A DNA stretch of 64,000 nt, taken from Bacilli bacterium (GTDB lineage Bacteria > Bacillota_I > Bacilli_A > RF39 > UBA660). The stretch is taken from the NCBI GenBank assembly GCA_030602345.1, contig JAUVZX010000002.1, forward strand, positions 3,639-67,638, given 5' to 3'. Below the pieces are notes generated by a model. The model ran no database searches. It was not told where the DNA came from and saw only the letters and a list, made by a program, of their open reading frames with translations. Positions 56,245-64,000 of the stretch are shown here, piece by piece (the first letter of the stretch is position 1; every line of letters starts with the position of its first letter). Position numbers and translations under genes: made by a program.

Positions 56245-56592
56245 ATGAAAAAAGAAAATATAATACAGAAAAACGAAGACTTTGCTTTTATAATTGAAAA
56301 TATGAAACCAATTTATAGTAAAAATTTTAGATATCATATATATAAAAAAGAAACAAATAATTATAGATTTGGTTTTTCAATAAGTAAAAAATATGGAAAT
56401 GCAGTTGAGAGAAACCTTTTAAAAAGAAGATTAAAAAATATTATAAAGATGTATAATATAGAAAAAGGATTAGACATAATAATAATGCCTAAGACATCTG
56501 TTAGAGAAATAACTTTCAATGAAATGAAAAGTGAAATAGTAGATACGTTACAAAGTAAAAATATAATTATAGGAGAAAAACATGAAAAATAA
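56245..56592 (+). CDS. rnpA: Ribonuclease P protein component
   Basis: RFGFSISKKYGNAVERN..KRRL. Confidence 0.96.
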   Translation: MKKENIIQKNEDFAFIIENMKPIYSKNFRYHIYKKETNNYRFGFSISKKYGNAVERNLLKRRLKNIIKMYNIEKGLDIIIMPKTSVREITFNEMKSEIVDTLQSKNIIIGEKHEK

Positions 56593-57499
56593 AATTAAAA
56601 TATTAATCGTTTTGATGTCTGTTTTTATTTTAAGTGGGTGTGTAGTTAGATTACAAGATGAAAATAAAAAAAATGTTGTAAATCCAACAACAGGACAAAC
56701 TTTAACGAAAAACATATTGTGTCTTCCAGAAGATGAACAAATAATAGAAATGTATGAAAAAAACAACGTAGATTTAAGTAATTTGCCAGAATGTGCTAAC
56801 CTTCCATTATCGGGAGAAGAATACGAAGGATTATGGACCTCTTTCTTTGTAAGACCGTTAGCGTTTTTAATGACAAAGGTTGGTTCGTTTGTAGGAAACT
56901 ATGGTTTTGCTATAATATTTGTAACACTGCTTATTAGAACGATTATGTATCCTATAACTAAAAAATCAGCAGAGCAATCAGAAAAAATGAAGAAAGCAAA
57001 ACCGGATTTAGATTTAATTGAAAAAAAATATAAAGATAAAACAGACAGAGATTCTGTTTACCAAAAAAGCAATGAAATAGCTATGGTATATAAAAAACAC
57101 GATATAGGTTTAATGTCTGGCATATTATTTTCATTTATACAGTTACCATTGTTTTTAGCGTTTTATGAATCAATGGTAAGGCTACCATCGATATTTGAAG
57201 AAACATTTTTAGTGTTTAATTTAGGAACCACTCCAATGAAAGCAATTTCATTAGGAAATTATCATTATATAATATTTATAGCGCTAGTAGGACTAGCGAC
57301 ATATTATTCATTTAAGTTAACAGGATCGGTTGGTGTTTCTAAAGAACAGGAACAGATGCAAGCTAATATGATGAAATTTATGATAGGATTAATTTTCTTA
57401 TCAACATTAATATTACCTGCAGGATTAGCAATTTATTGGATAACAAATAATATATTTACAATAGGTCAAAACCTAATAAGTAAGTGGAGGATAAAATAA
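56582..57499 (+). CDS. yidC: Membrane protein insertase YidC/SpoIIIJ (lipoprotein)
   Basis: LSGC lipobox, YG.AII..T..IR, IQLP, GLAIYW..NN. Confidence 0.95.
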   Translation: MKNKIKILIVLMSVFILSGCVVRLQDENKKNVVNPTTGQTLTKNILCLPEDEQIIEMYEKNNVDLSNLPECANLPLSGEEYEGLWTSFFVRPLAFLMTKVGSFVGNYGFAIIFVTLLIRTIMYPITKKSAEQSEKMKKAKPDLDLIEKKYKDKTDRDSVYQKSNEIAMVYKKHDIGLMSGILFSFIQLPLFLAFYESMVRLPSIFEETFLVFNLGTTPMKAISLGNYHYIIFIALVGLATYYSFKLTGSVGVSKEQEQMQANMMKFMIGLIFLSTLILPAGLAIYWITNNIFTIGQNLISKWRIK

Positions 57500-58116
57500 T
57501 GATAGAAAAATATGAAGTAGAATCAAAAACAAAAGAAGATGCAATTTTAAAATTAGTTTCATTTACTGAACTTCCTGCAGAAGATCTATTTATTTCTTTT
57601 GAAGAAACAGAATCTAAAATATTAAAAAGCAAAAAAGTTATAGCAAAAGCTTATCGAAAAGTAGATATTTTAAGATATTTGAGAGAAACAATACAAGATT
57701 TTGCAAAATATGCAAATCTTGATATAAAAAGCGAAGTAAACTTAAGAGAAGATTACTATAATGTACTACTTTTTTCAGAACAAGCTCATGTTTTAATTGG
57801 TAAAGAAGGTAAAAACTTAACTGCGCTCCAAATGTTTTTGAAGCATGCGTTAAATAATCAAACAGGAATGAACATAAAAGTAAGTTTAGACATTTCAAAT
57901 TATAAAGCTAAAAAACAAAAGTACTTTGAATTTGAAATTAAAAAAATAATAAAACAAGTGTTAAACACTCGCGAAGATGTTGTCCTAGATCCGATGAATT
58001 CATATGAAAGAAGAATAATTCATAATCTAGTTTCAGATTATCCGAACTTATCATCATTAAGCAATGGAGAAGGAAAAGAAAGAAAAGTAACAATTAAATA
58101 TATTGAAAACAAATAA
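57499..58116 (+). CDS. jag: Jag/EloR (KhpB) KH-R3H RNA-binding protein
   Basis: LIGKEGKNL.ALQ KH motif, PMNSYERRIIH R3H motif. Confidence 0.95.
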   Translation: MIEKYEVESKTKEDAILKLVSFTELPAEDLFISFEETESKILKSKKVIAKAYRKVDILRYLRETIQDFAKYANLDIKSEVNLREDYYNVLLFSEQAHVLIGKEGKNLTALQMFLKHALNNQTGMNIKVSLDISNYKAKKQKYFEFEIKKIIKQVLNTREDVVLDPMNSYERRIIHNLVSDYPNLSSLSNGEGKERKVTIKYIENK

Positions 58117-58170
58117 GAAGAGATATCTCTTCTTATTTGTTTTATAGTATAATATTAAAAGGTGATATAT

Positions 58171-59520
58171 ATGAAAGATACAATTGTTGGAATATCAACA
58201 GCTCTAGGAATTGGAGCAATATCAATAATAAGATTATCGGGAGATGATTCTTTTACCATTGTTTCAAAAATATTTAGAGGAAAAGATTTATCAAAACAGA
58301 ATAGTCACACAATCAACTATGGTTTCATCGTTGAAAATGATAAAGTAATAGATGAAGTTATGGTTTCTATTATGAAATCTCCCAAAACTTTTACAAAAGA
58401 AGATATCGTTGAAATAAATTGTCACGGGGGAATAGCTACGACTCAAAAAATTTATGAGATGTGTATTTTAAATGGAGCAAGAGAAGCAGAACCGGGAGAA
58501 TTTACTAAAAGAGCCTTTTTAAACGGAAGGATTGATCTATTAGAAGCAGAAAGCATAATGGATTTAATAAATTCAAAAACAGAAGAAGCGCGAAAAATAT
58601 CTATAAATGGTGTTAATGGAAATGCTTCTAATTTAATAAAAAATCTAAGATCGAAAATAATTCAAACTTTAGCAAATATATCAGCAAACATAGATTATCC
58701 AGAATACGAAGACATAGAAGAAGTAACATATAGAATGATAGAAGAAAATTGTTTTATGATTGAAGAAGAAGTAAATAAAATTATAGAAGAAGGACAAATC
58801 GGACAGTTATTAAAAGATGGAATAAAAACAGTTATAATCGGAAAACCGAACGTTGGAAAGAGTAGTATTTTAAATTTGCTTTTAAATGAGGAAAAAGCAA
58901 TAGTTACAAATATTGCAGGGACAACTAGAGACACGGTTGAAGGACAATTAAATATAGGAGGATTAACTCTAAATTTAATTGATACAGCAGGAATAAGAAA
59001 AACAGAAGATGTTGTAGAAAAAATAGGTGTTGAGAAGAGTTTGAGTTTAATTGAAAAAGCAGAGTTAGTTTTATTTGTTTTAAACAATAACGAAGAGTTG
59101 ACTAACGAGGAATTAGAACTCTTAGATAAACTGAAAGATAAGAATCATATTATTATTATAAATAAAATAGATTTAGAAAAAAATATTAGTTTAGATAAAT
59201 TGAAAAATCCAGTAATGATCAGCGCAGTAAATAAAGAAGGACTTTCAGAATTATTAAACCAAATTAAAAATTTATTCAATATGGAAAAATTATCAACTTC
59301 TGATTTTAACTTTGTTACAAACTCAAATGCTTTGGCAAAATTGAAAAAACTTTTAATTATAGTTGAAAACATTAAAAGAGGAGTACAATTAAATGTTCCT
59401 ATTGATATGATAGAAATTGATTTAAGGGAGATTTGGCAAGAGCTGGGCGAAATAATAGGGGAGACGTATGACGAAGAATATTTAGATAATTTATTCAAGT
59501 TATTTTGTCTCGGAAAGTAG
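58171..59520 (+). CDS. mnmE: tRNA modification GTPase MnmE
   Basis: [31 protein letters not shown]. Confidence 0.99.
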   Translation: MKDTIVGISTALGIGAISIIRLSGDDSFTIVSKIFRGKDLSKQNSHTINYGFIVENDKVIDEVMVSIMKSPKTFTKEDIVEINCHGGIATTQKIYEMCILNGAREAEPGEFTKRAFLNGRIDLLEAESIMDLINSKTEEARKISINGVNGNASNLIKNLRSKIIQTLANISANIDYPEYEDIEEVTYRMIEENCFMIEEEVNKIIEEGQIGQLLKDGIKTVIIGKPNVGKSSILNLLLNEEKAIVTNIAGTTRDTVEGQLNIGGLTLNLIDTAGIRKTEDVVEKIGVEKSLSLIEKAELVLFVLNNNEELTNEELELLDKLKDKNHIIIINKIDLEKNISLDKLKNPVMISAVNKEGLSELLNQIKNLFNMEKLSTSDFNFVTNSNALAKLKKLLIIVENIKRGVQLNVPIDMIEIDLREIWQELGEIIGETYDEEYLDNLFKLFCLGK

Positions 59521-59527
59521 GTTATAT

Positions 59528-61387
59528 ATGTACGACATAATAGTAGTAGGAGGAGGACATGCTGGATGCGAAGCAGCTTTAGCTGGCGCAAGAACGGGCA
59601 TGAAAACTCTTTTGATTACTGCGAATTTAAAAAACATAGCAGATATGCCTTGTAATCCATCAATAGGTGGATCGGCAAAAGGAATAGTTGTAAGGGAAAT
59701 CGATGCTTTGGGCGGACAAATGGGAAAAACAGCGGATGATAGTCAAATTCAAATTAAAATGTTGAATGGAGCAAAAGGTCCAGCTGTTCAAGCGTTAAGA
59801 GCTCAAGCAGACAAAATAGTTTATCCTAAAAAGATGTTGGAAGTTCTTCAAAATACTATAAATTTGGAAATAAAAGAAGCTATGGTTGAAGATTTGGAAG
59901 TTGAAAATAATATTGTTAAAGGAATAATAATTGATGGAATTTTAATAAAATCTAAAACAGTTATTTTGACTACGGGCACATACATGAAAGCAAATATTCT
60001 TGTCGGAGAAAAAAGAGAATCAAGTGGTCCTCATGGAGAAAAACCAAGTCTATACTTAAGTGATAAATTAAGAAAATTAGGATTTAAAACAATAAGATTA
60101 AAAACAGGAACGCCCCCAAGAATAGATAAATCCACGGTTGATTTTTCAAAAATGAAAATTGAAACAGGAGATGAAATACATAGGTATTTTTCATTTGATG
60201 AAAATCAAAAATATGAAATCAACAACCAGCAGCCTTGTTATTTAATATATACCAATGAGAATACCCACAAAATCATACAAAATAACTTAAATAAATCCAG
60301 TATGTATGGAGCTATTGATGATATTGAAGGTGTTGGACCAAGGTATTGTCCTTCAATAGAAGATAAAATTGTAAGATTTTCAGACAAACCAAAACACCAA
60401 CTATTTTTAGAACCAGAAAGTATATATTACGATGATCTTTATTTACAAGGTTTTTCAACAAGTATGCCTCATGAAATTCAGGAAAAAATGGTGAAAAGTT
60501 TACCAGGATTAGAAAATGCAAAAATTCTAAAGTATGCATATGCGATAGAGTATGATGCTATATATCCAACCCAACTCAAAAAAACTTTGGAAACGAAAAT
60601 TATTCAAGGTCTTTATACTGCGGGTCAAATAAATGGTACTAGCGGTTATGAAGAGGCCGCTTGCCAAGGATTAATCGCAGGAATAAACGCATCATTAAAA
60701 ATAAGAGAAAAAGAAGAATTGATTTTAAAAAGAAATGAAGCTTATATAGGCGTTTTGATAGATGATCTAGTTACTAAAGGTGTTAATGATCCTTATAGAT
60801 TGCTTACATCACGAGCAGAGTATCGCTTAATTTTACGACATGACAATGCCGATTTAAGATTGAGAAAGTATGGATATGAAGTGGGTCTCATAGATGATAA
60901 CAAATATCAAAAATTATTGGTTAAAGAGAAAAAAATAGAGGAAATGACTATTCTTTTTGAAACAAAAAAAATAAATACGAAAAAGGAGGTCAATGATTAT
61001 CTATTGTCAATCGGATCAGCTATTTTAAAAGATGGAATAACAGTCTATGATTTAATAAAGAGGCCAGAAATTCTAAAAGAGCACATCGAAAAAATGTTAG
61101 AAATGTCTTTTGAAGATGAAATATACGAACAAGTTTCAATAAATATAAAATATGAAGGATATATTAATAAAGCAAAAAAAGAAATAAATAAACTTTTAGA
61201 TATGGAAAATAAGAAAATACCTGAAAATATTGATTATGATAAAATTCACAACTTAGCCAGTGAAGCAAAACAAAAACTCAAAGAAATAAAACCAATTTCT
61301 GTTGGTCAAGCTTCTAGAATAAGCGGAGTTAATCCTGCGGATATTTCAATTTTGATGGTTCATTTAAAAAGGGGAAACAATGAATAA
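59528..61387 (+). CDS. mnmG: tRNA uridine 5-carboxymethylaminomethyl modification enzyme
   Basis: [41 protein letters not shown]. Confidence 0.99.
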   Translation: MYDIIVVGGGHAGCEAALAGARTGMKTLLITANLKNIADMPCNPSIGGSAKGIVVREIDALGGQMGKTADDSQIQIKMLNGAKGPAVQALRAQADKIVYPKKMLEVLQNTINLEIKEAMVEDLEVENNIVKGIIIDGILIKSKTVILTTGTYMKANILVGEKRESSGPHGEKPSLYLSDKLRKLGFKTIRLKTGTPPRIDKSTVDFSKMKIETGDEIHRYFSFDENQKYEINNQQPCYLIYTNENTHKIIQNNLNKSSMYGAIDDIEGVGPRYCPSIEDKIVRFSDKPKHQLFLEPESIYYDDLYLQGFSTSMPHEIQEKMVKSLPGLENAKILKYAYAIEYDAIYPTQLKKTLETKIIQGLYTAGQINGTSGYEEAACQGLIAGINASLKIREKEELILKRNEAYIGVLIDDLVTKGVNDPYRLLTSRAEYRLILRHDNADLRLRKYGYEVGLIDDNKYQKLLVKEKKIEEMTILFETKKINTKKEVNDYLLSIGSAILKDGITVYDLIKRPEILKEHIEKMLEMSFEDEIYEQVSINIKYEGYINKAKKEINKLLDMENKKIPENIDYDKIHNLASEAKQKLKEIKPISVGQASRISGVNPADISILMVHLKRGNNE

Positions 61388-62072
61388 AGAACAATTTTAT
61401 GAAGAAACAATAAAAATAGGAATAAAATTAACAGATTTTCAAAAACATCAACTGGAAATATATAAAGATTTTTTGAAAGAAGAAAATCAAAAATATAATT
61501 TGACATCATTGGAAAAGGACGAAGAAATATATTTAAAACACTTTTATGATTCGATGACCTTAGTTAAATCAAACTTAAATATAGAAAATTCTAAAATCTT
61601 AGATATAGGAACAGGAGCGGGATTTCCCGGGCTGATAATAAAAATATTATTTCCCACTATAGAATTATATTTAGTAGAATCATCTTCTAAAAAATGCCAA
61701 TTTTTAGAAAAAATTTCCCAAAAACTGATGTTGAACAATGTATTTATAGTAAACAACAGGATGGAAGAAGTAAAAGAAATTAAAGATATAGACATAGTTA
61801 TATCTAGAGCAGTTGCTAAAATCAACATTCTGCTAGAATATGGTATTCCTGTTTTAAGATTAAATGGTTTTTTAGTTGCTATGAAATCGGACAAGGAAGA
61901 GTTAGATTTTGGGAAAGCGTGTTTCGAATTAAAATGTAAACATTTAGAAACGATTAGCTTTGAACTTCCGTTTGAAAATTCAAAAAGAAAATTAGTTATC
62001 TTTGAAAAAACTCAAGAAACACCCAAAAAGTATCCGAGAAATTATTCGCAAATGAAAACCAAACCTTTATAA
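61380..62072 (+). CDS. rsmG: 16S rRNA G527 N7-methyltransferase
   Basis: [28 protein letters not shown]. Confidence 0.98.
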   Translation: MNKEQFYEETIKIGIKLTDFQKHQLEIYKDFLKEENQKYNLTSLEKDEEIYLKHFYDSMTLVKSNLNIENSKILDIGTGAGFPGLIIKILFPTIELYLVESSSKKCQFLEKISQKLMLNNVFIVNNRMEEVKEIKDIDIVISRAVAKINILLEYGIPVLRLNGFLVAMKSDKEELDFGKACFELKCKHLETISFELPFENSKRKLVIFEKTQETPKKYPRNYSQMKTKPL

Positions 62073-62088
62073 TGGGAAATAATTATTA

Positions 62089-62117
62089 TTGCTATATTTC
62101 CCAAAAAAAGATATAAT
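62089..62117 (+). promoter_or_regulatory. sigma-A promoter of noc with an NBS half-site in the spacer
   Basis: TTGCTA-17-TATAAT; spacer begins TATTTCCC. Confidence 0.65.
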
Positions 62118-62142
62118 ATTATAAGGATAGGAGAATACAAAT

Positions 62143-63240
62143 ATGGAAGACAAAAGAATAGTTTTTTTAGATATAGAAGATGTAATACCAAATAGATTTC
62201 AACCAAGAATAAGATTTAATGAGGTTGCAATAAATGAACTTGCTAATTCCATAAAAAAGTATGGAGTTATTCAACCCATAGTTGTAAGACCTATTGGCGA
62301 TAAATATGAAATCATCGCTGGGGAGAGACGTTATAAAGCAAGCCTAATAGCTGGCAAAATGGCTATTCCAGCAATCATTTCTAATTTAGATGATAGAAAT
62401 AGCGCAGAGATAGCTCTAATTGAAAACATACAAAGACAAGACTTGACACCAATTGAAGAAGCAATTTCTTATAAAAAAATCTTAGATATGGGTTATTTAA
62501 CTCAAACAGAATTAGCAATAAAATTGGGGAAAGAACAATCAACTGTAGCAAACAAATTAAGATTACTCAATTTATCTGAAAAAGTTCAAGATGCTTTAAT
62601 GGAAGAAAAAATATCTGAGAGACATGCGAGATCATTATTAAGACTTGATGAATTAAATCAGGAAAAAATCTTAGAAAGAATATTAAAAGAGAGAATGACC
62701 GTGAGAAGAACAGATGAAGAAATAGATAATTTAATTGGAAAAAGTAAAAATGTTGAAATAATTGATTTTGATGACGAGCCTTTAGAAAAAGAACAAAAAA
62801 TCGAAGAAGAGGTTTTACTAGAAGCTCCGATAGAAGAAGATTCGTTATTGATTGATGAAAATATTTTTAATGAAGAAGAACCAGTTTCGACTTTTGTTGA
62901 TGTAGATCAAATAAAAGAGAAGGCAGAAGATATTTTTGTTGAAAAACCAAAAAATAATATTGATTTTCTAGTGAGCAAAGAGGAACCGCAAGGAAAATTT
63001 TTTACAAAACCATTAGTCGATGAGGAAACAAATTATAACTTTGATTCTAATGATATAAAATATAATTTTGAAAAAGAAGAAACATTGGATTATACAGAAA
63101 AAACTTCAAAAACTTTAATGGAAAAAGTTAATGAATTCAGAAATCTGACTAAAAAAATGGATTCATTTGATAAAAAGATAGAAATAGAAGAAATTGATTT
63201 TGAAGATACATATCAAATAATTATTAAAATAGAAAAATAA
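62143..63240 (+). CDS. noc: Nucleoid occlusion protein Noc-like ParB paralog with acidic C-terminal extension
   Basis: PNRFQPR, AGERR, Noc-type recognition helix QSTVANKLRLL and ERHAR; directly follows rsmG. Confidence 0.85.
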   Translation: MEDKRIVFLDIEDVIPNRFQPRIRFNEVAINELANSIKKYGVIQPIVVRPIGDKYEIIAGERRYKASLIAGKMAIPAIISNLDDRNSAEIALIENIQRQDLTPIEEAISYKKILDMGYLTQTELAIKLGKEQSTVANKLRLLNLSEKVQDALMEEKISERHARSLLRLDELNQEKILERILKERMTVRRTDEEIDNLIGKSKNVEIIDFDDEPLEKEQKIEEEVLLEAPIEEDSLLIDENIFNEEEPVSTFVDVDQIKEKAEDIFVEKPKNNIDFLVSKEEPQGKFFTKPLVDEETNYNFDSNDIKYNFEKEETLDYTEKTSKTLMEKVNEFRNLTKKMDSFDKKIEIEEIDFEDTYQIIIKIEK

Positions 63241-63319
63241 AAGAAAAACTTTTATTTTTTTTATTCAATTGTTTTAAAAAAATAGAAGTGATAAAATTAA
63301 ATAAGAGAAGAGTGATATA

Positions 63320-64000
63320 GTGTTTAAAATAGTATCTAAATATAAGCCAAGCGGTGATCAACCAGAAGCAATAAAATTACTGGTTGAAGGAATAAATAAA
63401 GGTATAAAACATCAAGTTTTATTGGGAGCAACCGGAACGGGCAAAACCTTTACGATAGCTAATGTTATAGAGAAGATTCAAAAACCAACTCTTATTTTGG
63501 CACATAATAAAACTTTAGCAGGACAATTATATGCAGAATTGAAAGAGCTCTTTCCAAATAATCATGTTGAGTACTTTGTTTCATATTATGATTATTATCA
63601 ACCAGAAGCATATGTTCCTAAAACAGATACTTTCATTGAGAAAGATTCATCGATAAATGATGAAATAGATGAGTTAAGGCACTCAGCCACTTCATCATTA
63701 CTAAATTATAAAGATACTATAGTGGTAGCATCTGTTTCTTGTATTTATGGTATTGGTGAAGTTGAAGAATATAGAAATAAAATGTTAACTTTATCAGTAA
63801 ATCAAAAGATAGAAAGAGACTATTTGATTTCAAAATTAATAGATATGCTATATGAAAGAAACAATTTAGATTTAAAAAGAGGAACTTTCAGAGTAAGAGG
63901 AGATATTATAGAAATAGCTCCAATAAATTCTAGAGACAAAACTATTAGGGTTGATTTTTTTGGAGATGATATAGAAAAAATATTCGAAATTGATAGCTTA
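63320..64000 (+). CDS. uvrB: Excinuclease ABC subunit B (5' part, runs off the window)
   Basis: GTG start, [52 protein letters not shown]. Confidence 0.97.
   Translation, partial: MFKIVSKYKPSGDQPEAIKLLVEGINKGIKHQVLLGATGTGKTFTIANVIEKIQKPTLILAHNKTLAGQLYAELKELFPNNHVEYFVSYYDYYQPEAYVPKTDTFIEKDSSINDEIDELRHSATSSLLNYKDTIVVASVSCIYGIGEVEEYRNKMLTLSVNQKIERDYLISKLIDMLYERNNLDLKRGTFRVRGDIIEIAPINSRDKTIRVDFFGDDIEKIFEIDSL

Overview
Replication-origin region of a low-GC, streamlined Bacillota (Bacilli) chromosome. The gene content resembles uncultured RF39-type or Mollicutes-related Bacilli (inference); the standard code 11 is used. oriC lies at dnaA/rpmH (~54.4-56.0 kb) and every real gene points away from it. 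Left arm (minus strand): dnaA-dnaN-comK-recF-gyrB-gyrA-[3 parS]-SRP RNA-tadA-dnaX-ybaB-recR-holB-trmN6-rsmI-pth-mfd-[Met T-box]-dut-metG-tatD-yabE-like-rsmA-ung-tilS-ftsH-soj-spo0J-DUF951-abgT-like-ychF-rpsF-ssb-rpsR, then the S10-spc-alpha cluster (no rpmD), ECF module, truA, rplM-rpsI, an rRNA methyltransferase, a RluA-family synthase, an Abi_2/AbiF HEPN protein, CIRCE-controlled hsp20, tRNA-Trp and a surface protein. Right arm (plus strand): rpmH-rnpA-yidC-jag-mnmE-mnmG-rsmG-noc-uvrB. No CRISPR array, IS or prophage is evident. Main oddities: a ComK homolog inside the dnaN-recF cluster with tandem Spo0A-box-like repeats; FtsH with a C-terminal Rho_N/HeH module; Noc without a membrane helix but with a long acidic tail and a perfect NBS; two degenerate ECF ATPases; a dUTPase gene under a Met T-box; a minimal SRP RNA whose promoter abuts parS; and an orphan HEPN Abi gene whose stop codon overlaps a heat-shock operator.
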